A stretch of DNA of 64,000 nt, taken from Hyphochytrium catenoides. Taxonomy: Eukaryota; Protista; Hyphochytriomycota. Of this stretch, positions 1 through 13,700 are shown in pieces. The position numbers and the translations under genes were made by a program. The stretch spans positions 65,164 through 129,163 of the forward strand of contig FLMG01001623.1 in the NCBI GenBank assembly GCA_900088475.1, given 5' to 3'. Each line of letters opens with the position of its first letter. Position 1 is the first letter of the stretch. Below the pieces are notes generated by a model. It was not told where the DNA came from. It ran no database searches and saw only the letters and a list, made by a program, of their open reading frames with translations.

Positions 1-321
1 CGAGTGGCTATAAAGTACTACTTGAGTCATGCCCAGAAGTATCCTCAAGAAAAGGAGTTGTTCCGCCTCTCAAGCGTCTTCTTTGCCCCTGAGCAGTTCT
101 TCTACCCTATTCCGAATACGGAACAAATGCCACCAGTTGCGGACAGTGGACCATCAAAGAGCTCGGAGAAGGATGAACACCTGGAAGCTCTTGGCAGTAC
201 AAGACGATTGCCGTTGAGGAAGTCGTACGGCCTTGCCTCAGCCTATGCCGTGCACCATTGGCGGCGGTCGTGGATGCCACAAACTACTGCAAAGGGCACA
301 ACCTCGGCAAGCACGGTGTAA
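1..321 (+). CDS. 3' end of a probable DXD-type glycosyltransferase (GT32/OCH1-SUR1-like), truncated by the window edge
   Basis: Frame is open from the window start to TAA at 319-321. It contains FFYP followed by YAVHHWRRSW, matching the C-terminal YAxHHWxxSW motif typical of GT32 enzymes. The DXD core is outside the window. Confidence 0.55.
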   Translation, partial: RVAIKYYLSHAQKYPQEKELFRLSSVFFAPEQFFYPIPNTEQMPPVADSGPSKSSEKDEHLEALGSTRRLPLRKSYGLASAYAVHHWRRSWMPQTTAKGTTSASTV

Positions 322-1731
322 CGCCATCACTAGCTCCGAAATGGCCCCCTGGCACTGATCCTTGTTTAAGTGGCTCTGAAAGCACCGTGACTAGATTGCC
401 TTATTGAGCAGCCCATTGGACGCTTAGCACAGAGTCTTATGCCTCTCATGTATCCGAGAGAAAGAATTTATATTATAGATGTACACATACAATTTGCCCT
501 TGTAAATGTTATTTGATGTCCGAAAAGGGCAGGTGGTCCAGTATCACCTCCAGGACGACCTCCCAGGCAGATGGCTCCAGAACAGCCTAGGAACCCTGTT
601 GGTCAAGGTATTCCCACGGCCACGGAAGAAATTTTTTGCACGCACTAGGAACGAAGAGGTCTATCATCACCAGCAGGTAGAACTTAGCACACGCACGCAG
701 CAAAGAAGACTTTGACATCCTTTCCTCTTCCTAATAATGTGCTTCCATGCACTGTTCAAGACCTCCACTCACCTAAGAGACACGAAGAACTGGGTTGAAG
801 CCGCTCTTGCATCTCTTGAGGGCCTGGAGGAAGAAGAGCAGCCATTGCATCTATCAAAGAGGAAGGAAGTAAAGGTGAAGGTGCCGCTTGCTAGAGCTCG
901 TGCCAGTGCGTTTTGGTCCTTTGGTCCTGGGCCGCCCTTCCCTGCTTCTGATCCACAGGAGACAGCAAATCTTTTGCAGCTGCCAAACCGATCCATAGTC
1001 CCCATTTAATTCTTGCATGATCTTTCATCACAGTTCCTATAGGAGTCTGGGACCTGGATATTTTATTAAAAGAGGGAATACGCTTGCTCTCGTTACCGAA
1101 TTCAACAAACTACTTTGGTAGTGGATCCAGTGATCGGGCAATAATAAAAGGGCCCTCTAGTGTTCTTTTTCTATGTCTTATTTTCGGGCAAAAGTCGTTC
1201 CGTGTCGGTTGATGGGTGAGAAGAAGTGGGAAGTTCTGCTGTTCGCACTTTCTCTTTTTGCTCTTGTTGCATCGGCCTGAAGCCTGGCACTTGCCGCGAC
1301 AGCCTAAGGGCCAGCAGCGCAACGCAGCAGCACGTTCCTTACACCCTTTCAACCTTCATCCTACAAGGGAACTAGTGCATGGTTCCGTCCAGCGCTGCCA
1401 CTGGTTTATGATGTAAGGATACAAGGGGCGTGAGGACTATACTGACGAGACACCGGCATCTATCCAGGGTGTATCCTTGTCAGCACCATGCCCCTTAGCT
1501 TGAGACGTTCACCATGATGAAGCGGGAGGAGGACTGATCCTCGTCTAAGGGCCTGGAGAAAGATTGATATCTTTGTCTAAGAGAGCCATCTGACTGGGCT
1601 ATCAACCGCCAGCAGGAACGCATCGATGGGGTTATTATGACAGAGTGCTCCAGGAGGCTTTAGTACGCCTGCCTAGCTGGTGAAAAGGCTGAATAGCGTC
1701 CCGCGCCTTCCTCTGTGGTGTATACCGAGAT

Positions 1732-3947
1732 ATGGAGGGAATTCTAAGGCAGCCCAGCTTCCCTGAAGCCTGGAATTCTCACAAGGAGCGATGGACCATG
1801 CAGAGGATACTTGAAAACGAGGAGGAATCCGACGAGTCTCCACGGCACTGCTATGATGGGATACACCCGATTGACAGCTCCAGAGGTTTACGACAGGTAA
1901 GATATTGTGCCTGCAAATGGCCCTCCCTCTCTGACATATCCTCCTCCCAAACCTGGCTACTCCTTTCCCAAAATGGCCGATATGATCGCGGCACTTCGCA
2001 GAAATGGAGCCAAGGAGGAAGAGATAAAGGAATGGGCGAGCTATTCAAGCCGGCAAGCTCCCGGCCAGTCGCTGATCGGACAATTCAGGTACATTGAGGT
2101 CCCTGCTCTATAGGATCGGGGCATATAAGGCATATCAGGTTGTTTCTCACTTATCCGACTTTTAGAGGCCAGGAGATCGGGAAGCAAGTGAATCTAGCTC
2201 TGAAGAATCAGAGTCGAGTACTGTCGAACAAGAACCAGGGCAATGTGGAGGTCAAGAAGAAGAAGAACGAGCCCTTGGAGGCGGGGATGGAGTAGTCAAC
2301 GCCCGACCGCGCGGGGGAAATGGCAAAGCTAATAAGGATGATTTTCTGGAGCGCCTGAACACTCTAAAGATGCTCTTAGAATGTGGTCACCTCTCTGAAG
2401 AAGACTACCGGGAGAGGAGCAGTCAGATCATTAATGCACTGACGGGAACATCTGCTAGAGCACCACAGCCAAAGAAGAGGAAATCAAGGCGCTTACAGCC
2501 AATTTTACAAACTGTTGTCGCTCATGGGCCGCCAAATTTTGACACCATTGCCATGGAGAGGTAAGAGCCACGAAGCATGTCTGGAGGGAAGTGCTAGAAA
2601 GGGGACTAGATGGTCTTTGAGAATTTGCTCATCAGGGTTTGAACACTTCCCTCACTCGTAACGTAGGGCTGAGAAGCTTACTTTTGATGTGCAAACCTTG
2701 GAGTGGGTGTCGTGTCAGATATACGTCAGGATAGACCACGTTCCGTTCGCCTCTGGGCAACTGCGGAACGCTTACTACCTTAGAGAGTATGGCCAAGATG
2801 GGCACAGTCCTAGCGAACTCTTAGTGGCCAAAACTAGCATCCATGCGGCTGATGCGGCTTCGTACCTCAGGTTTAGACCGTATTCCTTTTTCTTCGAACT
2901 CTTTCTCTCTTCCTCTACTCCGATTTAGCTTTATTGTACCGTTTCAGCTAATCTGGCTCATGGTACTTACGGTGCCATGTTGGGCCTAAAAACACTAGGT
3001 ACTGGTGTGGTGACTGTCCATGAGTTGTGACTTTCACAACATCTTCTCTTCTTTTTATGTCGCGGTGGTCTCGTTTGGTCACTATGGAAGCTACATCCTC
3101 AACAAAGCTCGTTTTTTGTGCTTCGTCTACTCCCGGCTTGGTCTGACTAATATCTGGGCTTCCACGCTGCTCTTCTCTCGATTAGTGATGTGGAGATGCA
3201 GGCGTGCTGCTCTCACTACGCGGAACTGTACAACCACCACGATCCTCCGCGCAAGGTGCACTATGCAAGATCGTGGCTCCTGAAGTTCAAAGGTCGAAAT
3301 AGCATGGTGGCAGGGGTTGAGGAATACATTCATGGAAAGTATGTGAAGTATAGCAACAACAACGGATTCGTTGGGACTGAGACTAGCACCAACGAGGAGC
3401 GAGAGAGGAACACGCCTCAGGCCTTCTCCCACTTCTCCTTCGTCGCTTCGGACTACCGGCTCATGATAGTTGACGTTCAAGGTATTTATTTCTAAGGGCA
3501 ACACAGATCGCCCCAATCTTCCTCTTACTTGTTCTGGGCCTTACCGACCTCTTACTTCTGTCTGTGTCTTTTAACATTGCACCTTATTCCTCCCAAATTT
3601 ACACGCTAGGTGTCGATGACAAGTATACCGACCCCCAAATCCACACCCCGGACGGCTATGGCTTTGGCTCTGGCAATCTTGGCATATTCGGCATTGAGCA
3701 GTTCCTGAAGACCCATCGCTGCAACCATATCTGCCGCTGGCTGGGCCTGCGCTCTCTACATAACAGAGTGAAAGAGGGTGGGACCGCTGCACCCCACTAC
3801 CGCATGCCCCACAAAGAGATCAAGAAAAGTACCAACAAGATCAGCTCTACTGTCAATTCCTACTCGCGTTCTCTCACCANNNNNNNNNNNNNNNNNNNNN
3901 NNNNNNNCCGCTACCTGAGGATGATTTGCTGTATGAGTGATGACTAG
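1732..3947 (+). CDS. Alpha-kinase (eEF2K/myosin heavy chain kinase family), multi-exon; 3' end uncertain because of an N gap
   Basis: Approximate exons 1732-2088, 2167-2560, 2668-2870, 3186-3481, 3610-gap. They encode PFASGQLRNAY, LVAK, DVEMQ, VEEYIHGKYVKYSNNNGF, TPQAFSHFSF, LMIVDVQG, YTDPQIHT, GFGSGNLG and FLKTHRCNHIC, the complete alpha-kinase motif set including the Zn site. Confidence 0.93.
3880..3907. other. Assembly gap (N run)
   Basis: Run of n characters inside the last alpha-kinase exon. Confidence 1.
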
Positions 3948-4396
3948 GGCGATTGCCACACATGCCTACCTCCAAGGACACAACCAAGCACTGGAGACGG
4001 TGACCATTCGATGTGTAGTTGTTCCTTGGGAGCAATCGATTTACAGATAGTAAATAGAACGAGAGACAGACAGATAGACAATCGAGAGACTGCATGAAGG
4101 GGTTGTAGCTTGATAGGAGGGCATTTCGGGGAGGAGAGCTAGGGGAAAAGATAAGTAAGCGACATAGGTAAACTGAGGGAGGACACGGCTAAGTCGGGTA
4201 GGATCTTGAAGTAGATGATGGGAGCAAAGCACACAGAGAGCAAGCGATCCAGGATCTCCAGGCACAGATGTACATTTCGTATGTATCTAATTAGTATGAT
4301 GGCACATTTTTCCAGCATTGGCTTCCCTGCCGTGAAATGGATCAACCTCAGGATGTCAATAGCCTCATGAACCTCCGCCATGTTTGGCTATCCTAA

Positions 4397-6050
4397 CTAG
4401 GTAGTGGTCGCCGGATCTAGCTCCAGCTTGTCGAGCTGATCCATTAAATCACGGATCTTTTCTTCAATCACTTCCAACGCTGTGGCCACGATGGATTCGG
4501 GCCTTAAGGCACCGGTGGACTGCATATTCGACAAAACCCAGTGAGAGGCTAGTATAGCTCTTAGCAGCAATGTAGGACGTGCAAGGAGAATAGAGCTCTT
4601 CCTAGTATGAAGGCGCAGAGGCTTGCAGGCTCACCTCTACAGAGAAGATGAAGCGGTTGTCGTCCATTTTAACGGAGACCACATTGTCGTCTTCGGCATC
4701 TGCCTTGAAGCTATCACCACATTTGACACATTCATCGCAGAATATGCAGTCTTCTGGCCTTGCTACCCGAATCTGTTCGGTCTCACCGCTGAGTTTTGAC
4801 TCTTGCCATTATGACTAGTTTACGGGAGTTACCTGCTTGGTACGATCGTCGAGCTCGTAGACCTTAGCTGGACAGCTAGTCACCAGTTTCTCTCGCTGCT
4901 CTAGGTTTAGCCGCTCCATTACCGCTGAGCAGAGAGAAACACTCAGTCACACCGCTATCAAGATACTAGGCGCTACCTGCGACCTACCGGCGTTGACCCT
5001 AATGATAGGATCGAATCTGTACACGGCAGTGCACACCGGCGACCACTTTGCGTGCTCTTTTCCTATACCCTAAGAGTTAAGGAAGGACAAAGAAAGGAAG
5101 GCGGATGGCGTGAGATGAAAGAGATCCCTAGATGGTCTAGCCCTTCATGTGGAAACCAAGTAATTGCTACCTTCTTGGCTATACAGGTGAGCCTCACACT
5201 CTGCCCTTTGGAAAGACGGACGATACTAATGCCATCATCTTGCGAGTTGTGCTGTTCCTCCTCTGACGAATGGTGTACGGGCGAGACTTTATCATCCTGC
5301 AAAAGACAGAGAGGGTCACCGGCAAAGTATTGGCGTCATAGGCCACGCTGACCAAAAAAGTCCAGGCTCAGCTTGAGAACAGTGAAGAATATTTCTAGCT
5401 AACGTCGGCAGATTGGCAGAGATAGAAGACAAGTTGGAGGAGAAAGGGTGAATATGCTTCCATACCCTACTAATCAAGTCTGCACTTGTAACGTTGATGG
5501 GTTCATCCGTGGTGCAGGTCTTGCTAAGGACCAACGTGACGGAACAAGCAGGACAATGATCGATGCAAGTGCATTCCTACGTAGTTCGCATAGCAAATAC
5601 ATGAGCGGTAGATTGAGCAAGAAGGACGGTGTAAGCTGGTGACAGTGCAGACAGGGTTGTGCTAATAGGTACCCACCCAGGTGTATCTGAACTCCTTCAT
5701 GCTCTTCGCGCAATAGAGAGGAATCATTCCCAGTCTATGAGCGATGAATTCGTCATGGATGACAGATGAGTTCTCCTCAATCATCACTAAGTCAATAGCC
5801 ATGGTAGGGACCTACAGCGTAAAGAGAGAAGTAGGATTGGCAATAAAGATGAGGGGAAACTCGAACTATTTTCTTTGTTCAAAGAGAGCTTGGCCCCCGT
5901 CAAGTCGTAAGGCGTTCGGCTTACCTCTGCGTGAATCACTCTTCGGAGAGAGTTGGCAACACTTGTGTCCGTATCGGAGAGAACAAACTTGATGAAGTCT
6001 TCTCTGAGCTCCAGAACCTCGACCTGTGGGTACCTAAGGTTCTTCGGCAT
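4397..6050 (-). CDS. RPB3: DNA-directed RNA polymerase II subunit RPB3, multi-exon
   Basis: [42 protein letters not shown] | VPTMAIDLV...[13 protein letters not shown]; Zn site [13 protein letters not shown]; [18 protein letters not shown] | [12 protein letters not shown]; C-terminus [15 protein letters not shown]...DPATTT with stop at 4397-4399. Confidence 0.96.
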
Positions 6051-7366
6051 GATTCCTGGGCGCTCGTTGCCCTGCTAGAGAGGGCTTGCTACTCTAAAGC
6101 ACGGATATCTACTCTATACAAATCTACTGGCTTCGGGAGAGGACAGTGACCCTTTAAGCGCAGGCGCCCAGTTAGCTAAACAGAGTGGTGAGTTTGTTGG
6201 TCCTCTGAAGCGTTGGGCATCGGTGAGGCAGGCTAAAAGGAGAAAACAAACACAGTTGGCCAGCGTCAAAATCTCTGTGGGATGAATATGTAGGGCAATG
6301 AGGTGCCAGGTAGCTTGTGGCTCCGTTATAGCTTCTTCACATGTGCTGGAGCTGGTATCCCCTCCGTCGTGTGTCTGCTTGCCAAGACTGATTGAAGCTT
6401 TGTGTCGATCATCTGCATCTTCATCAGGCTTCTCCGTGGACAAATCTTCGTGTCTTCATCGCGTTGGTCAGGACCTCACTTCCACAGTTTTTGGGGAGGC
6501 AATCACGACTATCCCAGGACAAATCATGCGGTAAAGCCACTTTCAATATCCCAGAGGCTTAAGCTATGGTAGTACGATTCAATTTTGTATCTAACTTGTA
6601 TTCTCCTCTTATTGGTATTATATACGCCAATCTCTGGACTAGATAAACAGAGTGCGAGTGAATCTATGGTAGCTGAGCTTCATCAGCTCTTCATGAGGAG
6701 CTTTGAATGCAGAGATGATGTTGAGCCTCCAGACGAGCAGACGGAAGGCAAAGAGGTTGTCTTCAGACAGGATGCTCAGCTTGGAGGGCCGATAATCCGT
6801 AGGATGAGGTTACTGCACGCAGCAGGTGGAAGGACTGACCCTCCTGCTGAAGAGGAGAGGCTGGTCGTCTCACAGTCAGAGGTCGGGTGAGGCACACAGA
6901 GCCAAGGAGGACAAGTTCTCTTCTGACGAACGGCAAGAAAGAGGAAGCCACCTTCATTGGAAGGTAGTACACAGGGGAGGCATGTCTTTGAGGTGTAAGG
7001 CTCATAGCGATTGGCCTTTCAGGCGCGGAGTTTCTTTTTCACTAGGAGGCTCCTCCAAGAATAGAAGTTAGATGATAACTCGCTCAATACTAGGCCGACA
7101 GCAGTCCGCTGCGCTATCCTACGACTTACAGACAGGTGTCACGACACTGAGAACGTCACTTAGACATGGGAATCTGCTAAGCAAGACCAACAGGAACTAT
7201 ATCTTCGTATGGCAGTAAGGAAATCGCGGTGGCATCTCCTTCATGGCTCCGGGAGCCCCTACCTTAGCATTGCGTCCTATGTGTATCCTGTTAGTCTTCA
7301 TACCCAGATCGCAACTTGGGCTGAAGTGGCTCAGGCCTTGCTTACTCTGACATGCTCCCCCGTCTT

Positions 7367-10085
7367 TCAGTCATCAGCCCCCTTAGACCGCTTTGACGCT
7401 CGCCGAGACGATCGGACGGGAGTCTCTTCCGGCTTCCGCTTGCTTCTCGTTTGCGGAGTGGCGCCGGCGGAGGCCCTGCCTCTTGGTCTTGGCTGTGATG
7501 GGCTCTGTCGGGTCGCTCGACCTCCGCCCCGTCCGCCCCGCCTGCCTCCTGCTGGCTTCTTAGCATCTTGTTGCTCTTCTTCCCCTTCACTCTCCTCTTG
7601 GCTCATATGCTCTGAACCTTCTCCTTCCTCGTGGACATCTGACTGAGCATCAGCGACAGACTCCGCCTTTTCCTCCTCTTCATCGTCTGACTCTTTTTTA
7701 CTACGTATCCGGAGAGATTTTCTAGGAGTAAACTCATTAGTGGGTTGAGTTTTCCGTGATCGCCGAGCTGCGGTCCTTGAGTCTACACCGGCCTTCCCTG
7801 ACTCCTCACTCGGCTCTCCCTCCTTCCCCGACAAGTCGCGAGCCTTATCTTCTTCTCCTACTCCAGATGTCCTATGGCTGCTACCAGCTTCAGATGTCTT
7901 CAACTCCGGGAGATCAGGCTTTCCTCCCTTCGGAGGGCGACCAACGCGTCGTGGCTTTCCCGCTGGGCTAGTCATAGGAGGCGGAACCGCGCCAGTGCTT
8001 GCCGATTTCGCTACCTGGAGCTCTGGCTTGGTCCTTGGAGTCATCTTGATGGGGCTTTCAACAATGGGTTTGCTGGCCTGAGCTTGACCACTCTGGCCCG
8101 ATGGCGCATTCCTCGGAGATGCCACCTTTCTAACAGACGGCTCCTTGTCAGCAGTAGAGCTTGTGTCGGACTCATCATCTTTATCTTCTTCGTCAGATTC
8201 AAGCAACAACTGGCCGAACTCCAGCAGCTGGTTTGCATTATCACTTAGCTTCGAGTCCTCCCCATAATATAAGACCGTGTTGGTGCACATCCGATGTATG
8301 GCCGTCGCGAACTGTGACCATGTCTTGATGTGCTGAAATCATGAGGTGAAGAAAAACAGTTCTTGTGGTCAGCACCATTACCAGGGAAAGAAGTTTAACA
8401 GGATACAAAGAATCACATTCAGAAACAAGCTGATGAAAGAACAGGCCCACAGTTAACCCAGCAACAGCAGAAGGACTGGGCGGACGGGGAGACAGGGAAG
8501 GCGAGAGTAGAGATAGGTTTCCGAGAGGCACGCTTCGGTAGTCCAGTGAGTGTGTTAAGACCACCTCTCATAGAGGTGCTACAGATGACAATACATACTC
8601 CTTGTTCTACTTGGTCCCTTATATATTGAAGATCGACGATTGGGCCCGCATGCTTGGGGTGCATTACTGGCGTCTTGCTCTGTGGAGAGGAAGAGAGTCA
8701 GCGAAGACTTCGGCTGAGGGCTAACTTAGCTTGGCACTTACCCCTTTCCTGTAAGGAGCAGCTAGCTCATGGTCGTGTATCGTCTGCCAGACCTGCAGCA
8801 AACGCGCAGTAATGGACTTGGCCTCATCTTGTTCGTCTTGTTGCTTCTTCAAATCCTCCTTGGTTGCTCCCGACAGCTTAGGTGGAGTGGATAGAGCTGG
8901 CACCTTTTCCTCTTTCTTTGGAACTTCCGCAATTGCGGTTTGCTTGATGGAGCCACCTTGATGTGGCGATGTAAGTGTAGCAGATGAAGAAGCAGTAAGG
9001 GGTACATCAACCCCCGGAATAGCAGAAAGCGAAGAAACGCTGAGTTTCTCTTCCTTGTCAGGCAGCTTTATCTTGCCCCCTTTGTCATTGGCCTCAACGC
9101 TTGCCGTCAGGGTCTCGGAAGGTCGTGGACTGCCCTTGTCCTGACGTACGCTGGGCGCCTCATCAGCGTTTTGATTAATCTGTGTACTACTTTCAATGGG
9201 ACTCTTAGCTACGGACGCATTCAACAGCGCCTTTCTCTTCTCTTCCTGCTTTCTCATCTCGTCCTCCTTAGCTTTCCTCTCCACCTCTTTCTTGAGCTCT
9301 TCTTCCTTCTTCCTCTTATCCTCCTCTTTCCTTCTCTGTTCATCTTTCTTCTTTCTCTCTTCTATCTCCTTCCTTTTCTCCTCCTCCAACCTCTTCCTTT
9401 CATCCTCCTTCTCCTTCTCTTTGATTTCCTTGTCTTTCTTCTCTTCCTCCTTTTTCTGCTCTGGTTTCTTCTCCGCCAGCGCAGTGGCGTCCTTCTTTGG
9501 AAGCGCAATATCCTTCGCTTCTGCCACGGCCAACGGGCCGCGAGCTTTGGACTCTGCGTTTGTATGGTCTTTCGATAAGAGCTTCCTGACCGCCTCCAAC
9601 TCTTTAGGAGCAGGTGTCTTGGCCTGCGAGAGCAGCGCGCTTGCTTGATCCTGCTTTGAACTTCCTGGAAGCGCAAGACCTGGAGGCACTTTTATCTCCT
9701 CCTGCTTAGATGGGGCTGATGAACTCTTTTGCTCCGGCTTTTTTCGCTCTGCTCTCTTCTTCTCCTCGAGCGCTACCGCGTCAACCAGTGCCTGTGGAGC
9801 TTTCGGCAGCGTCACCACCGCGGCTATGGTAGGGAAAAGGCGCTCAGGCAAGGGCTTCGTGAGGATTTGCAGCAATTCGTCATCTGCATTTCCCTCTCGA
9901 ATATCCTTAACCTTTACCGTGAGATATCTGAGGAGACACATGAGGAGCCAGGACAGACGAGCAGCGATGGTTTGGGTCAAGCTGGTATCATCCTATCATC
10001 TTCCCTGCAGGTCAGCCTACCGAATTGCCTCTTCCAGCTCCTCCTGAGGAACGGCCTTGGCCGCCTCGTCCATCTTTATCGCCAT
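7367..10085 (-). CDS. Chromatin protein with a charged coiled coil, one atypical bromodomain and AT-hook/RG-rich tail (BRD8-like architecture, tentative)
   Basis: Spliced domain reads LLQVWQTIHDHELAAPYRKG|SKTPVMHPKHAGPIVDLQYIRDQVEQG|HIKTWSQFATAIHRMCTNTVLYYGEDSKLSDNANQLLEF, a bromodomain helix pattern. AT-hook-like RRVGRPPK is present, with a K/E-rich coil at about 9230-9470. The ATG at 10085 is tentative. Confidence 0.7.
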
Positions 10086-10705
10086 TCTGGCACCGGAAGC
10101 CTCAGAGTCTACCACTTGAAGGACTATGAAGGGACATCATAGCGACCCTCGATCAAGCACCACAGCCAGTCTTGCGGTTCCAAACTGACGCTCTGCTACA
10201 GGCTGGCTCAAGGATAGTGCGGCACTATCGGAAGCAGGAGCAGAGCACTGATATCTCTTGTCAGGAATAGCAATAGAATGGCAGGAGTTGTCCACGTTCA
10301 AAGACACGACTTACGCCCCTAAAGAAGTTGCAATGGGAGAAGCGATTGAGCCTCTCTCTGAAAGATCAGAGAAGGAGCCGCTAACACCTAGACACCTCCA
10401 CCCAAAGAGGAGAGTGTGCTGTGTCTGCAGATTATTGTCTTATCTTACAATAAAGACACCATATAAAGACAAGGGAAGATCTTTGAAGATCTGGAGATGC
10501 TGACAAATCATCACAGAGATTTGGCACTGGGAGAGTGGCTAATAAGCTAGGAAGTTCTGAGCTAAGAATGCTGGTCAACGCGGAGGAGCAGGGGTTCGGC
10601 AGGCAAGACTGGCCAAGGAATGGACTCGTGGAGCTCGTGTGGGCAATCTTCAGTAATAAATTAGGAGTCTGATGTACTATCTTAGGCTCTCGGTAGGCCC
10701 TTCTC

Positions 10706-13700
10706 TCACATTTTCAGCTTCCATATCTTGAGCTTGAAACCCAGTAGCTCAGATATCGTGGCGGAGAAAGCGGAGAGAACGAGAACCCGGGTCAAGTTAT
10801 AAAGAAAGGGGTTCATCGTCACCCCTGATACCTTGTTCGGCTTCTCTAGCTCCTATGGGCAATAATATGCAGCGACATGATCAAGAGAAGAGAGATGAAC
10901 ATCAGGGCGATGAGTGGCAAACAGAGGTCCAGTCTATGGCCCGTACCTTGAGAAGCTTGGTGGCAACTTTGAGGACACTGTTTGACATCAGCAGAGACTC
11001 CTTCTTCTTGCCATGATGAGTCCCATGTATGAGGCGTAAGTATATGTTCAGCTACAAGCAGCCCGGCCAGCAGCAGTTAAGATTAGTGGCCTCAGATGAA
11101 GCCTTGATACGTCACGATTTCCAAAGACGACTCTCACTTTGAGTAGTATCGAGAATGCATTGACGCAGAGACACACTCCTCTAACCAGCACATGGAGGAT
11201 ATCTAATGGCAAAGGAGGGTGGCGGAGTAGACCTACCTGTTCTGTCAACAGCAGCCCTGAGTTCTGATACTTCTTGTTGATCCTTGACCCAAGCATCATG
11301 AAGCGAAGGACATAAAAGCTGCATAACGCAGGCAGTTAGCTGCTACCGACCCAGGGCATTGTTCTTCTGAGAGAGGGAAGGAACACACCTTACAACGGCG
11401 CACCAGCAAAACACCTCTACCCCAGGCAACGATGTGAGAAGCTCCGTGGTATCGTTCTTCTCGTACAACGCAAACTGGGAAAGATGTAACACGTCAGGTG
11501 GGCGAGGAGGATGAGTTCAGAGACAATGACATGGGCGATTACAGCTTTAATCGAGAGATATCACAAGAGATAAGTAGGGTTCACCCTGAATGGCCCTAGG
11601 TGGCGTCCTGACATACCTGAATCATAAGGAAAGCCACCAGCAGAAGGTTTATTACAAAGCATGAAGAGACAATGGCGTCAGCAGCCCGCTGTTTGCCTTG
11701 CTTCTTCAGCCAAGCACGACCAGCTCGGAGAGATAACCAAGCCTGCAAGGATAGTGCCAAGAGTCACTAACAATAAGGCAACCAGCTGTACAATTCGCCA
11801 AAAAGCCATCTTTACCTTGATATTCACAGCGTTCTTTAATCGAAAGTGAGGCAACCGCGCTCTTTTAGCTCTAGAGGCAGAAGTTAACGCCGCGAAGCTC
11901 TTCGCATATCTAAGTCAAGCGATATCAGCGAGCTCCCAACGTATTACAAAAGAACCGGAAGGCATGTGGCTTACATATATCTGCGATAGTAGGTGACCTC
12001 GGCTTCTGCAAGCTCCAGGAAGAAGAGGGTGGCTAAGATGAACGAAGAAATCATGCTGGTCACAGAGATGAACGAAGTTAACCAGCCGCTGCCGAACATC
12101 AGGGGTGAGACTTGAAGCAGGATTTGCACGAGCTCTTCGATCCGCTTCTGTCCTTTGTGAATGTGTGGCTATTGCGTGAACGAAGAGAGCATAAGCAAGT
12201 TGGTTAGTACTAGCATCAACTACCAACGAGAGGATCATTGAGGGCCATCGTTAGCAAACGCTGGAGCAAGCAATGGACAGTGAAAGGAGGACAAGAGAGA
12301 GTAGAGGGAGGAGATCCCACGTACATAAATGGTGGCACCTTTGTCCGAGCTTGGTGCGGGACAGGCGTAAGAAGGTTGCGCCGTTACTACTGTCGCCGCA
12401 CAGGCAAGGATATTGGGGATGGCGAGGAGTCGCTGTATGCAAGGAGACGTAGCGATTAAAGCTGCGCCCAAAGGTGCAGCATTCCGATATAAATGGCTTG
12501 GAGGGTGCCGTTTGACCTACAGAGTGAGCACGAGCATGGACTCAGAAAATGTTGCTTCACCTTGCTAACTACCTATGGTCGCCTTTTCGATGTGTCCTCT
12601 TAAACGCTTCCATGACGTAGTCGTGGATACGGCAGATAGAAGATTCCTTTTCTCACCCCCTCTCTAGCTTGCCCACAAGCCCGGCCTAGGTAATAGTGCT
12701 GAGTCAACCAGCTCCGCCCCAGCCTACCTTTTCAATAATGGCTTCCCTAAGGCTGTAAACCGGCATCTCAACTTTATAAGCAATTCCTGATTCGGTCCAC
12801 TTGATGACGTTGACTTTCCGGTTGATTGCTGAACTTAACGAGTTATCCTGGTCGGAATGCAAGAGATTCTGGTCGTACTCCTAGGACATGGGATGGTCGT
12901 CAAGGTGTGAGCGATTGCCAAAAGGGCTAAATCCTGGGGCCGTTACCAGCACAACGAGAAGCTGTAATCCTTCTTTACTGTACCTTCTTGATGGCCTCTT
13001 CCATGGAGTCTTTGGGTTCCTTTGAGGGATCTGTTCTGGCTTCTTCCTTCCACGGAGGAACTGGTGCATCACTTTCCCTCCTACGACGCCGCTGGGTTTT
13101 GGAGGTCTTGCTCCTCGTTATTGGACTGCCGTCATACTCGTCCGTTGCGACAGTTGAAGGGGAGAGGAGATGGTCAGGAGTCATAACGCCTGGAATAAGT
13201 GGGTCTGCCTCAGAATCCGACGACTGGTCGGATCCAAAGAAAACCTTGCTCCTCCTCTCAGGTACTGTTCTTGGCGGTATCCTCCTTTTCAAGAATTGCG
13301 TCGCGGAGCCGTCCTGTCCAGATAAAGACAAAGAGTCAGTCGAGCTCTAGCCCAAGATCCCTTTCTCTCTAGATATAGCTCTTTGGTCTAGCTTGGTCTA
13401 TTCCGCAACTTGTTTTGCTCCCTACTCTTCCCGCTGCTGATTGACTTACACTCAGGTGATTTCTTCCTGGAGAAAGCTTCCCTCCATCCAATGAAGTCGA
13501 ACTGATTCTCCTAGCCGCTCTTGCCGTATCCGAGTTGGCAGGAGAACAAAGATAAGGATGGATAGGTTGTGCGTAGTCCGCAGCACGACGCAGACCGGCG
13601 CCTTCTGGGGAGCTTTGTGGCCTTGCCCTCGGGCGAGGCGGTTGACCCCTAGCGAGGGCGGACTGCATAGTTTGCGCACTCCGGACACCCCATGTTCGAG

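Noticed and set aside
6114-7071. Short ORFs between RPB3 and the bromodomain gene
   Set aside because: Mostly non-ATG starts, no motifs and no consistent splicing; likely promoter and UTR sequence.
9171-9648. Plus-strand ORFs rich in L/F/S that look like membrane proteins
   Set aside because: They are antisense shadows of the K/E-rich coiled coil of the minus-strand bromodomain gene.
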